A stretch of 64,000 nt of DNA from Octopus bimaculoides (lineage: Eukaryota). The notes under the pieces are model-generated. The model worked only from the letters and a program-made list of their open reading frames with translations, was not told the DNA's origin and searched no databases. A program made the translations under genes and the position numbers. Below, one piece after another: positions 23,405 to 35,220 of the stretch. The stretch is from positions 13,501,302 to 13,565,301 of the forward strand of contig NC_068986.1 of the NCBI RefSeq assembly GCF_001194135.2, read 5' to 3'. Every line of letters begins with the position of its first letter. The first letter of the stretch is position 1.

Positions 23405-25726
23405 ATGCTGGGTGACAACGAAGGCCTCTCATTGGATAACGACAACTATCTGCAAAATTGGAAAGAAAAACGACGGTCAAAGAAGAAAGAGTTACCTGTT
23501 ACCTTGACAGAAGAGGAAAAGGAGGAGGTGAAGAAAGCAAAGACAATGCTCACAGAGAGAGGAGGAGGTAATGTCAGGGGAGTGGGAAAAGAAGAGGCTG
23601 TATTAAGTATTGGAGGTGTCGCAATGAAGGAATCAAGAAGATGGAGTGTACAGGGTTTGGGAGGAAAATTTGGTTTAGAAAAAGAGGCTGCCGCTTCCAA
23701 AGAGTCAGAATTAGAGAGGGTTTTTAGAAGACGGGGAAGTGATTTAAAGGGTGTGAATTCTATGCTACAGCAACAAGAACAAGAGAAACATAATGAGGCA
23801 CTCCGACGACAACAGAGGTCTCGGTCATTGATCGGTTCTCTAAAGTACCATGACAATGATAAAAAAGCCGAAGATGACAAAGGCAAAGCTGATGGTGGTG
23901 GTGGTGGTGGTGGTGGTAGTGGTGATGATGGTGGTAACCAAGGGGAGCACGGTGGAGACGACGAGAAAGATGAAAAAAATAAGGATCAGAACACACTGCT
24001 TGATCCCCTTCATTGTCGACCTGGCCACCACGAAGGGGATAACCACAACATCAACAAAGACAACAGCAACAAGAACAATGTAACCCTCCCCAGACCTCGT
24101 TCTCGCAGCCATCAAGAAGCTCATCGGTTGTCTACAGGTGAATGTCTTAAACAAGCTCCTCAGACAAGGGTTTATGGAAGTGGAACTAAGGAAGAGGAGA
24201 AGGAGAGGATAGGAAAAATAGATAAAGAGAAGGAAGAGAAGGAGAGGGTAAGAAAAATAGAGAAAGAGAAGGAGAGGGTAGGAAAAATAGACAAAGAGAA
24301 GGAGAGGGTAGGAAAAATAGACAAAGAGAAGAAAGAGAAGGTGGACATCCCGGAGGTAGGGAAGAGGAAGAATAGTTATGGTGATAGTAGGAGTAGGGTG
24401 AGAAGAGAGAGTAACGACGATGGTGTGAGCAACAGAAAGGAGAAGTCTCAGAAGGGTGAGGGTAAGAGTGAGAGGAGGGACGAAGGTGAGAAGGAAGGCA
24501 AAGAGAAAGTGAAGGAGGTGAAGCAGGAGGGAAGAGGTGTCGGGGAGGATAAGACCGACAGGTTGAGCGGCTTGAGTGAGCCGTGTGCAGCTGGGGATAA
24601 TCCTAAGACTTCTGCATCATGCACTGACAGCAACGCACCTTTAGTTGCTGCTGCTGCTGCTACTGCTGCTAGCAGTGTTGATAAAAAGTTAACACAGCCT
24701 TCACAGACTACTGCTGCTGCTACTACTACTACTACTACTACTACTACAACTACTACTACTGATACTGCTAATATTACCACCACCACTGTTAAAGCTCTTA
24801 CTTCTACTGCTTCAGCTGAAGCTAAAGCTGCTCGTCCTGTTGCTGTCCGAAGATCACAGCGACTAACAACAACAACAACAGCAGCAGCAACAACAACATC
24901 AAAAGCATCATCAGCAGCAGCAGTCGCTGCAGAAGTATCTAGTAAGTTTAAGCGACCCCAGAGCTCGTTTTCTCCATCATCGTTATCATCATCATCATCA
25001 TCAGTTTCTGGATCTTCTCCTGTCTTCCAACCACTTAAAAGACCACTGTCTTTGGCTCAAACTTCGTACCCATTGCCAGCTTCACCGTCCAAACTTCTAG
25101 CGAACACAACAACGACGACGACCACCACCACCACTGCCACCAACCCTATTTCAACTTCAACATCGGATAGTTCCTCTTCTGCTGTTTCTCCTTTGTCTTC
25201 ACTTCTGTCTTCTTCCTCATCCTCATCTTCACTAACCAGACCACTGAGAGTAACTGCACCAACATCCGGCCTTCTGCCTCTGGCATTGAAACCTCGCCTT
25301 GGCCTTACAAATTCAGAACCACAGACAGATCAGAATACAGCTCCGGCTCCAGAGCCAAATAAGTCCCAGGAAGTTGCCTCCACCGTTCCCAACATTTCAG
25401 AAGAGGTTGTCACTAAAGTTAACAGTTGCAAAAACAACAACCAGATACCACAACAATGCCTGGAATCAGCTCTTAGCAAAAGTGAATCTGACTCCAAAGA
25501 AACCAAAATTAGTATAGAACCTCCAAGTGATTCTGGACTGGACACAGGAATAAAACCACTTGTAAGTCCCAATTCAGATCTTGACCAAACTGATTTTAGT
25601 CAGTCAGATGACCACAATGAGGAGACGGATACATTCTCTGACATTTTGACCTCGAGCTTGAGGAAGTTATATTTCAACTCGGAACTCAGCAAGAGTGGTT
25701 CAGATATATATGGCATCATGAAGCAG
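23405..25726 (+). CDS. Large coding exon (~774 codons) of an unidentified, largely disordered protein (charged, then Ser/Thr/Ala/Pro-rich)
   Basis: 2.3-kb stop-free frame in a stop-rich genome. All internal trinucleotide and 30-nt repeats keep frame. Upstream acceptors, ATG with A at -3, and a phase-0 donor CAG|GTAAGC at 25726/25727. The ORF tail beyond that reads into a SINE. Confidence 0.75.
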
Positions 25727-25787
25727 GTAAGCCAGAAAACATTTAAAAAAATTTCCTTTTTGTTTCGTTTTTTTATTTGCTGTAGGC

Positions 25788-25935
25788 AGAGATGTGGTTG
25801 TGTGGTAAGAAGCTTGCTTCCTAACCACATGGTTCTGGGTCAAGTGTCTTCTGTCAAGTGTCTTCTGCTATAGCCTTGGGCTGACCAAATCCTTGTGAGT
25901 GCATTTGGTAGACAGAAACTGAAAGAAGCCTGTCA
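25788..25935 (+). mobile_element. SINE B
   Basis: Consensus match with a small internal duplication TCAAGTGTCTTCTG. Confidence 0.85.
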
Positions 25936-26103
25936 TATATATATATATATATCATACCTCGAGACTAAGATCCCCATTGAAAAGCCGGTATTTATAGTGT
26001 TAAACACTTTCAGTATGCAAATTAGGGATTCCTTCATAGAATAACTTCTGCATTTATTGAGTATATAAACAGTCTGGCTGCTTGTTTCTCTGGAGACTGT
26101 CAG

Positions 26104-26169
26104 AATGATGTAGATGCCTCTGATGAGAACCAAATAAGGTTTGAAAGTCGATTAAGGTTGTTCATCATT
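26104..26169 (+). ncRNA. Type I hammerhead ribozyme, near-canonical
   Basis: AAUGAUG-UAGAU-GCCU CUGAUGA GAACC-AAAUAA-GGUUU GAAA GUCGAU UA / AGGU-UGUU-CAUCAUU. Core complete, stem I 4+7 bp with an internal loop, palindromic stem III. G10.1 pairs with U instead of C. Confidence 0.7.
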
Positions 26170-26454
26170 TTTCTCAATCTGTGGAGAAATGGCTAAAATT
26201 TGCCCTGTTTATAATTATACCATATGTTACCTACAAGAGTAAACAAGAGAGACAGAGGCAGGCAGAAACAAGGAAAATGCCCCTTGCATTTGAATACTAT
26301 GCAAATATTCTTTTAAAATACTTTTCATTTAATTTTTCCCAAATTTAATTGTTTTCCATACTTACAGTTGAAAAAGTCTCAATGACTGAAACCGGTACTA
26401 AAATGTTTTTTATAAAATTATNNNNNNNNNNNNNNNNNNNNNNNNNNTATATAT

Positions 26455-26845
26455 ATGAGTGGTTGGCGTTAGGAAGGGCATCCAGCTGTAGAAACTCTGC
26501 CAAATTTAGATTGGAGCCTGGTGTTGCCATCCGGTTTCACCAGTCCTCAGTCAAATCGTCCAACCCATGCTAGCATGGAAAGCGGACGTTAAACGATGAT
26601 GATGATGATGATATAATGTGTGTCTGTGTCTTTGTCCCCCATTACTGCTTGTTGACAACTGATGTCAGTGTTTTATCCTAGTAACTTAGCAGTTCAGCAT
26701 AAGAGGCTGATAGAATAATTACCAGACTTAAAAATTGCAATAAGTGCTTGGATCAATTCATTCTACAAAGAATTCTTCCAGAAAGTGCTCCAGCATGACC
26801 GCAGTCTAATGACTGAAACAAGTAAAAGAATGAAAGATAAAAAAG
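26455..26845 (+). mobile_element. RTE tail followed directly by a SINE D module
   Basis: GAGTGGTTGGCGTTAGG...(GAT)n to ~26612, then TTTGTCCCCC...GACTGAAACAAGTAAAAG. Confidence 0.8.
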
Positions 26846-26883
26846 AACTTGTATGGTTCAATGTATTTGATAGCATAAAAGGG

Positions 26884-26956
26884 TGCACAGATGTGTTAGA
26901 TGCGCAGGTGTATCAGATACACAAGTGTGTTAGATGTGCAGGTGTATTAGATGCAC
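26884..26956. repeat. 17-bp minisatellite, ~4.3 copies, alternating variants
   Basis: TGCACAGATGTGTTAGA / TGCGCAGGTGTATCAGA / TACACAAGTGTGTTAGA / TGTGCAGGTGTATTAGA. Confidence 0.8.
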
Positions 26957-27324
26957 TCTTGTTGGAGCAAAACATATTCATGGAAAAAATGGCTTTTAGT
27001 GCATTAAAGCATATAAGCCTAACTTTGCAAAATGGACCCATGGTCGGATTAAGACTCATGAAGGTCCTAAGCTCTTAAAAGAGTTTGGGGCCTTCATATT
27101 TTTGTAATTCAAAATATAAACAATAATAAACCATAAAATAAATATTATTTTTAAAAATGAAATAAAACTAATTGCAAAATGGAAAATAATATTTAATTTT
27201 GTATATTTCCACTTTATTTATAATTGAAAAGTTTTCTCCTAGTTTTTTTTAATAGAAAAGTTTTTGATCAGATATTCACTAGGACACTACGTACACTTCA
27301 AATTTATATTTCTGATCATATAAA

Positions 27325-27392
27325 CCAGGGGTTTTCAAACTTTTTGACTTGCGGACCCCTTTATATTTCAGCCGTTACCTTAGGGACCCCCT
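27325..27392. mobile_element. hAT/Charlie-like transposon end
   Basis: CAGGGGTTTTCAAACTTTTT...GCGGACCCC. Partner end not found. Confidence 0.4.
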
Positions 27393-27769
27393 CATAAACT
27401 CTTATGAAATTTATACATAAATATTTGCTTAAAATAACATATTTTTACATTTATTTATTTAACAGTATTTACCAAATAGGTTTATTGTCAATTAAAAGAT
27501 TTTGATTAAAAAATTTATATAAAATCAAATTGCCCATAAAAAGTATTTGCTGTCCACGGAATTATGCTGTTTTTTAAGCACCATTTAAGAAAGTTTGTTT
27601 GGCATCCGGTTATAACAGTGACTCCATCAATTCCTAGGCATATTTGAAGAAGGAAATATCATACCAGACTATGGATGATTAAATTATAACAGTTATTATA
27701 GTCCATTGTTTGTATTATAGTGCATTGTTGTGTCATTCAAAACAATTTATTCTTTATTATAACTAATGG

Positions 27770-28325
27770 GTTTGCCCATTTGATGCCAAAACTTCCTGTT
27801 TTTAAGTGATCCAAATTAAAAGCTTCCATCAAAATTTCATGTAATTTATATTCCAAACACCAACTTAATAATAATTGATTTTATTAAATTCTTCATTATT
27901 TTAAAAAATCAACTGAAACAAGGACAGGGTATTTCAATGGAAATTTGGTAAAAAAGGGGTTCAAGTAATCGAAATTGAAACTTTTCAAAACATTTACTTA
28001 ATCATGATAACTATTCTATTAAATTCTTGGTTGTTTTCAAAATTAATTGAAACAAGGGCTGTGTATTTCTGTAGAGATATGGTAAGACAAGGATTAATCC
28101 TTTTGATTCCAAGCTGTCTGAGATTGCCTCGAATTCTATGATGCAAACTTCTTGTTAATATGATTTATGTTAGAATCTATCATTGAAATTTCATATTAAT
28201 TCATGCTCCAAATACAAAACTTAATAATGACAAAGTTTGTTTATTAAATTTTTTATTATTTTAAAATTTAATTAAAACAAAAGCAGTGTTTTTTTTCGGC
28301 AAAAATATAGTAATGAAAGGGTTAA
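27770..28325. mobile_element. Three tandem partial copies of an AT-rich MITE with piggyBac-like ...AAAGGGTTAA end
   Basis: Repeated AAAATTTCAT...CTTAATAAT...AAACAAGG blocks ending at ~27961, ~28098 and ~28325. Related piece at ~58950-59085. Confidence 0.45.
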
Positions 28326-28349
28326 AAATTAGGATAATGGATAAATCTC

Positions 28350-28568
28350 CTTCTCAAGCCACGTTAGTCATAGTTTCCTAATTTCTGTGATGACTATATT
28401 CCCCCTGGATGGGATGCCGCTCCATCGCAGGATTACTCATTTTTTGCCAGCTGTGCAGACTGGAGTAATGTGGAATGAAGTGTTTTGCTCAAGAACACAA
28501 CACACTATGTGGTTCAGGAATTGAAACCACAATCTTACAATCAGCCTCATCACTAAGCCACAGGGCAT
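28350..28568 (-). mobile_element. SINE E-like element with a different 3' part
   Basis: Reverse strand has the E head and CAGCTGGCAAAAATGAGTAA, then CCTGCGATGGAGCGGCATCCCATCCAGGGGG. Confidence 0.6.
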
Positions 28569-29349
28569 GAAATATCGGATAATGTAGTTCTGGGTCTATA
28601 ATCATATGGAATGATCATATGTGGAATGGATTTGATAGGTCTGTCCTCAACCATAGCAACTACAAACACACCAAGATCTAATAGATAGACTTTTGTGTAG
28701 TTATAGAAATTGCAGTCAAATCTTCCTCAAATTACACCGTTTTAACCTTTTGCTTGTCCAAAGCATCTTAATAAGTTTGTCCTGAATGTCTTTGCTTGCT
28801 TTTCAGGCTTTTAGTTACTCTGTTTCATATGCTCTGAGCAATATAAAGTTTCATAAATCTCAAAGTTACTCTGGTGGTTGACAAAAATTAAGAATGCGTA
28901 TCATAAATGAGGCATGAATTCTGAGGAAATATGTTCTGAATATCACACGTGACACAGGACAAGCAAAGGATTTAAAGCAGAGGGGACACACAGGATGATG
29001 TAATTCTTGATGGACTGTTTTCATCATCATCATCATTGTTTAATGTCCGTCTTCCATGCATATTACTATTTTAAGTTTTGATAACAAAAATTATAATTAC
29101 AACACAATGATGTTATTTCACTTAGCAACAAAAAACGAACAGACATCCTTTCCTTAATTAGAGTACCCAAATAAAAATAATCTTAATAACCCTAACCATA
29201 ACCCAATTACCAACACTAATTAAATATTACAACACAGGTCATTATATTCTTGTTGGTAGGAATAGAATAATATCTTTTTTACAAAATAGGCCAATGTGAA
29301 ATTTTTCTCTCAACTTGAGAAATTATAAGCAATAAAAAAAAAAAATATG

Positions 29350-29510
29350 CATAGGTGTGGATGTGTGGTTAACAAGTTTGCTTCCCAATCATGTGGTCTG
29401 GGGTTCAGTCCCACTACGTGGCACTTTGAACAAGTGTCTTCTGTTGTCGTTCTGGATTAACCAAAGCCTTGCAAGTAGAGTTAATAGACAGAAACTGAAT
29501 GAAGCCTGCA
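29350..29510 (+). mobile_element. SINE B
   Basis: Consensus match. Confidence 0.8.
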
Positions 29511-31289
29511 GATCAGTGACCAGTGGTCACTTTGTTTACAATATATCGCTGGCTGGAGCAAACCCTGGCTATCGCTCTGGTGACAGGGTGCNNNNNNNNN
29601 NNNNNNNNNNNNNNNNNNNNNNNNNNNNNNNNNNNNNNNNNNNNNNNNNNNNNNNNNNNNNNNNNNNNNNNNNNNNNNNNNNNNNNNNNNNNNNNNNNNN
29701 NNNNNNNNNNNNNNNNNNNNNNNNNNNNNNNNNNNNNNNNNNNNNNNNNNNNNNNNNNNNNNNNNNNNNNNNNNNNNNNNNNNNNNNNNNNNNNNNNNNN
29801 NNNNNNNNNNNNNNNNNNNNNNNNCACTGTTAATACTATTACAAACATCATTATTGTAATCCACCGCAGATGTGACAAACCTGGTGTATGCTGAAGGTGT
29901 GGGTGTGTGTGGGTGTGTGTGTGTGTGTGGGTCCATATTTGTCTGAGTAATCTTAAGCTGACGACAATGTCAATGATGATGATAAAGATATTGATGCTTA
30001 CCCAGTATCCTATTAATTTAATTTTATAAGGACTGTCTATCTATCTATCTATTTAAAATCATCATCACAATTTAATATATAAACACATGCACACAAACAT
30101 ATATAGATGATAATGATGATATATATATGATATATATATTTATGTGATGTATATATATCGTATATATATGTGGCACCTTGGTAGGTGTCCTCTACTATAG
30201 CCTTGGGCTGACCAAAGCCTTATGAGTGGATTTGGCAGACGAGAACTGAAAGAATCCCCTGCTCTTATCTTCCAATTGTTTCATCAGTTTTTGATTCTTA
30301 CACAAAACATATTACACATGATATATTTTAAACATATTACACATGATATATTTTAAATATTAGCCAACATTCTAGAAGATAATTTTCTCCTCACAACTTG
30401 TTATTACAACTGATCAGTCAACACTTTCATCATAACACAACCAGAAGTTGAAAAACATGCATCAGTTCTCATCTGTCATTGCTTTCGACGTGATTTCGGA
30501 ATTGATTTCTATGTTGTTGAAAAAAAAATAAAGAAATAAAAATCAGAGACGGAATGTCAAGGTCGTTTATTGACTGGAAACCACAAATAAAAAAATATTT
30601 GAACATGTACGCATTCCAAACTATAAATTGTTTGTAAATTGCTCTTGTTTATATATACACTGCCATCGGTCGCCAATTGACTGAAAATCTCCGACTATGA
30701 AGATAAACTATCAGTGTGTGAATCTCTGGCTAGTCTTGTACTTTACAGAGCAAATAAACGACAGTTATGTAACGTTAAAAACCACAACTGTTCGATTAAA
30801 TATCTAAATGTCTGGGACGAGTTGTTAATAAGATTATACTACCGAGCATTAACGTCAACAATAAGAGACGCGCTACATATAGATCTAGGAATATGATATC
30901 TGGTGACAAGAAGAGATAAAACCGATCGAAGTATCAGGCAAGCGCTGGAATCGATTTATATTCCGATAAATGCATTCTAGATGTGAATGGAATTATATAA
31001 TAGAGAAGATTTTGATGAAGCAATGTTTTCTAGATGTAAATATTGATAGAAAAATGCTTCATTTTTAGACGACGAGGTTAAAAGATAAAAAAAATTATAT
31101 TTGCATCTTCTCACAACTAATGTCCGAGTGAAGTTTTATGTGGGCTTCCAGCCTGCTAGAGGTAGCAGCCAAATCTTGACGTCACACACATTAAAGAAAT
31201 TCTGAACACAATGGATAATGTAGTCCTAAAAACAAAACGGGACAGTCACGGCTGGAATAAATTTCATTATAGCTGTGCTCAGTTTGAGT

Positions 31290-32049
31290 TTACTTTAGGC
31301 TCAGTAACAACGACAAAGACTAGAGCTAGTGCAAATTTCTCAGGGGACTGGATTATGCTCTGCCTGTGGCCAGCGTTGGAGGTCTCCTTAGTCTAAATGA
31401 ATTCCGTATCTCCATCGCATCAAGAGGGGAGCTGACATCTGTAGGGGACTGAGATGCCGTTGTGGTAGGTCCCCTCGACCCCACAGGTCTTCACGGTATA
31501 TCTTGATGCCTAAATGCTAGTGGCTTCGCTCGTCACATCCGAGTTAAATTTAATCATTAAGCAGGCCCTGGCTCGGATTCATATCTTCTCACGTCTGGAG
31601 CCATCGGGGTTATCCAGAAGTGATGGAAAGAGACCAGATGGTCTTGCCTTCTGTCCCTGGGTTAGAGGCAGGTGCCTCATTTGGGACGCCACAGTTTCCG
31701 ACACCTTTGCTCTCTTCCACATCCTGGATGTTGCAGCTAATGAGAGGTCACTGCTTCCGTAGCCGAATGGAACAAAACCCTGGAGTATCGGGACCTGACA
31801 GTGAACTGTCTCTTCCAACCTGTGATATTTGAGACGTTCGGAGGGACTGGACCACTAACCCAGTTTTTGTCAATGTTGGCAGCTCGCCTCACCGAGGTGT
31901 CAGGTGATGCCCGTGAGGGCGCTTGGCTTTCCTAACGACTTAGCTCCGCCGTCGCCCGTGGTAATGCTGCGAGCGTGCTGGCTTGCTTCAGTAGGTTCCC
32001 TTAAACCTTGTGGTGTGCGACCAGTTGCTTTGATTAAAAAAAAAAAAAA
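31290..32049 (+). mobile_element. CRE-clade RLE LINE, 5'-truncated, poly(A)-tailed
   Basis: ALPVASVG...CRCG (zinc knuckle), ELNLIIKQAL, LEPSGLSRSDGKRPDG...WDATVSDT (PD..D motif), FETFG...RLSSAVARGNAASVL, then A14 at 32036. Confidence 0.85.
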
Positions 32050-32886
32050 TTCTCAAACTTGAGGGGATAGGCCCCCTTAGATACTAACACGGGCCGTCAT
32101 ATATGGATTCTAATGGCGCAGGGGCCCACNNNNNNNNNNTCTAATTTTTTTTTTTGTTAAAAGTATTCTTTTCAACTTGTCTACAAGCACAGCCAAGCTA
32201 AAATAATCAATACATTCTTTCAGGAGTGAATAAAAAAAAAAAATTCTCAAACTTGAGGGGATAGGCCCCCTTAGATACTAACACGGGCCGTCATATATGG
32301 ATTCTAATGGCGCAGGGGCCCACTTGCCATCGGGCAAGCTGGCAACCTGGCCAGTTTGCCACTGTATGTTTGTATGTTATATTTATGAAAATAAAAGACA
32401 ACAGGAAAACGAAACATTACACGGCATTGTTTTAAACGTTGACACACAGTACATGGATGAAAAAGCCACTGGAGATATTTTTTTAAACTGACAAATGTTG
32501 GGAAACAACGAAAACTGGGTGCTCCTTGCGTCAGACAATTGTCTCTCAGAAGATTTTAAGTGAGAAATTATTTAAAAGAGAATATAACTTGTGTATGTGT
32601 CACACAATGCATTCGTCCGCGTGATCACACGAAATCTTTTACTTTTAGGTATACGACTACTTCCAAGAAATATTACTGGCTATACGAGAAAGTATGTAAA
32701 TAGCTACCGTATTTACTCATGTATATACGTCACACCCCATATTTAGTAATAAATTTTGGTTTTATCTATGTCCCACGCATAAGTCGCACCCTTGTGGTTT
32801 CCTCTCAAAATCATTTAACTAATGGCTAAGGTATTTGGTTTCACCAGTTTGATTTGCTTGAGTTTGTGATTTTGAAATCACAATGT

Positions 32887-33686
32887 GGATCTTTTTTAAA
32901 ACGGGGGCCACATTTTTCATTAACGAAACATTTTGAAACTTGGAACACTGGTAGAATGTGTCATATAAAGCATCTTTTTCTCTTAGTCTTCTTAAAAAAA
33001 AAAGAAATCCATAAGTTATTCCATGTTAAATTTGTCGTATTTCTGTAATTTCAACCAATCACTGACGTCCATTCAGCCGATATACATTAAGTGCCGACTA
33101 TATAAACAAACGATTCTGAAACAATTAACCCTAACCCTAACCCTAGCGTTAGGGTTAAAGCAAATTTAAAATGAAAAAAGCAAATAAAACGAAGGTATGG
33201 AGATTAAATACGCTTTACACCGCTTAATCAGCCAAAGGAGTAAATCTAAACAACTGAATACTTGTCAGTGATTGGTTGAAATTANNNNNNNNNNAATCAC
33301 TGACGTCCATTCAGCCGATATACATTAAGTGCCGACTATATAAACAAACGATTCTGAAACAATTAACCCTAACCCTAACCCTAGCGTTAGGGTTAAAGCA
33401 AATTTAAAATGAAAAAAGCAAATAAAACGAAGGTATGGAGATTAAATACGCTTTACACCGCTTAATCAGCCAAAGGAGTAAATCTAAACAACTGAATACT
33501 TGTCAGTGATTGGTTGAAATTATCGAAATAAGACAATTTTTTACATGAAATAAATTCGAATACAAAAATATTTTTCTGTTCTATAACACAAAATAGATAA
33601 GTTTACGAAGTTTTAAAGTCTTTCCGTACCAAAAACACTACGTAAAACATTAATGAAAAATGTGGCCCCCGTTTTAAAATAGATCC
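32887..33686. mobile_element. Merlin-like MITE family M1
   Basis: TIR GGATCT(T/A)TTTTAAAACGGGGGCCACATTTTTCATTAA and 8-bp TSD CACAATGT (32879-32886, 33687-33694). The internal duplication spans a gap. Confidence 0.75.
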
Positions 33687-33689
33687 CAC

Positions 33690-33753
33690 AATGTAATCAG
33701 TATGCATGCGTACAACGACCGGAAGTTATGGGATCTAGTACCGAAAGATCGTC
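33690..33753. mobile_element. Orphan right TIR of MITE family M2
   Basis: AATGTAATCAGTATG...AGTTATGGGATCTAGTACCGAAAGATCGTC matches the right end of 34065-34652. Confidence 0.75.
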
Positions 33754-34064
33754 AAATGGTTTACTTCAGTTCGTTGTAAAGGAAATAGATTAGCATTGTT
33801 TCATCAGTTTTTCTCTTACATCAAATTACTAACCATGTTAGAGAGTATTGAACACATCATCATCGGCTTTAGTCACAAGACACAAGAAATATCTCAAATA
33901 TACTCCCAACAACGCGTACGTCACACCTAATTCGTTAATTCTGAGTTTGTAGATCAATAATTGTGCCTTATCTCCGTCTTCTTACAGAGCATGCTGGCTC
34001 CGCTTTCAGACAATATCTGAATTAACCGATGTAAGTCAGTATCTACATCGTAATCAAAGGTTGT

Positions 34065-34652
34065 GGCGATCTTTCGGTACTAGATCCCATAACTTCTGGT
34101 CGTTGTGCGCACGCATACTGACTACATTATCTTATAGTGTGTTTATGTGTTTAAATTTTGAGAGCTGTATGAATCTGAGGGGGGAAGGTTTGAGTTTAGT
34201 GGGCCATTCATTTTTTAGGCGATCTTACGGTACGAGTCCAAAATATCGGCCTTTTCCGTAAATAGTGTTGGAGAGAAACAGGGAAACAACGTCATAAAAG
34301 CGAAAGAGATACAGAGAGCGCGATTTCTTTTCAAGGATTTACGGTTAGGGTTTGGGTTTTAGGGTTTCGGTTAGGGAATTCCGTCCCTAACCGTAACCCT
34401 AACCCTAACCCTAACACCGTAGTGAAGATCGTGCGGGTGTTACGGAAAAAGTCGATCTTTGGTAAAGATCTCCGAAGACACTTTTTACGGAAAAGGCCGA
34501 TATTTTGGACTCGTACCGTAAGATCACCATTTGTTTTTCTATTTAATATTGTCTTTTCATATTTTCAAGTCATTTAAAAACATAAACACACTATACGATA
34601 ATGTAATCAGTATGCGTGCGCAAGTTATGGGATCTAGTACCGAAAGATCGCC
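34065..34652. mobile_element. Merlin-like MITE family M2
   Basis: TIR GGCGATCTTTCGGTACTAGATCCCATAACT and perfect 8-bp TSD AAGGTTGT (34057-34064, 34653-34660). Confidence 0.8.
34218..34528. mobile_element. Nested MITE M3 with TTAGGG/CCCTAA core
   Basis: ~44-bp TIR GGCGATCTTACGGTACGAGTCCAAAATATCGGCCTTTTCCGTAAA. Flanks ATTTTTTA and ATTTGTTT (6/8). Confidence 0.75.
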
Positions 34653-35220
34653 AAGGTTGTTATTGTTTAGCCCTGGGCCAGCACTGATCCAGCCAACTTG
34701 CTTGTTTGTTTATAGTTGTTCATCAAGTTCAACGATGACAGTCTTCTTCAATTGTGACTCTTTAATGACTGCATATCTCAGTCCTCGATATGTAGCTTCG
34801 GTCGCAAACGAGACATAACTAGCATAACTGTGGTGGATGGAATTGAAGCAATCCGCCCGGAAAACGCTTTTATGGAGGCGGCACTTGCAGTAATAAGCCC
34901 GTATAGCTGTTGGGGCGCAGGGGAAATACACATGAATGTGAAAGGTTCGTAGTGATGCCTTTCATTTTTAAAAGATCCAGTGAACCTATTATGAAAGCCT
35001 GTCTGTGACTATATCGTCTTTTTCCTCAGACATAATGTATCTAGAACTATATATGATCTGGTGCTATTCTTATTAAGCCAAGCTATTGTATAGACGTTCC
35101 CGTGTTGGCTATGAAAGACAGAAGTTGTTTTTGTATTTTAGCAGATAGCCTTCTTTGAATTCAAACCTGGAATATTGAAGTTCGAAAGTGAAACCGCTGG
35201 CCACTTTGATTACAATATCT

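Noticed and set aside
25727-25873. C-terminal 48 aa of the 822-aa ORF
   Set aside because: Lies past a consensus donor and reads into SINE B
30714-31080. Possible decayed L1/Tx1-like fragment (IKYLNVW)
   Set aside because: Too degraded to support by eye
32036-32321. Repeat of A-tract plus 80 bp that mimics a tandem target or TSD after the CRE element
   Set aside because: Identical copies flank a 10-N gap; assembly overlap
33057-33523. Tandem duplication of the MITE core
   Set aside because: Identical copies flank a 10-N gap; the true element is probably ~560 bp
34710-34931. Small Cys/His ORF faintly like a piggyBac C-terminal domain
   Set aside because: Spacing unconvincing and no DDD core or TTAA ends nearby
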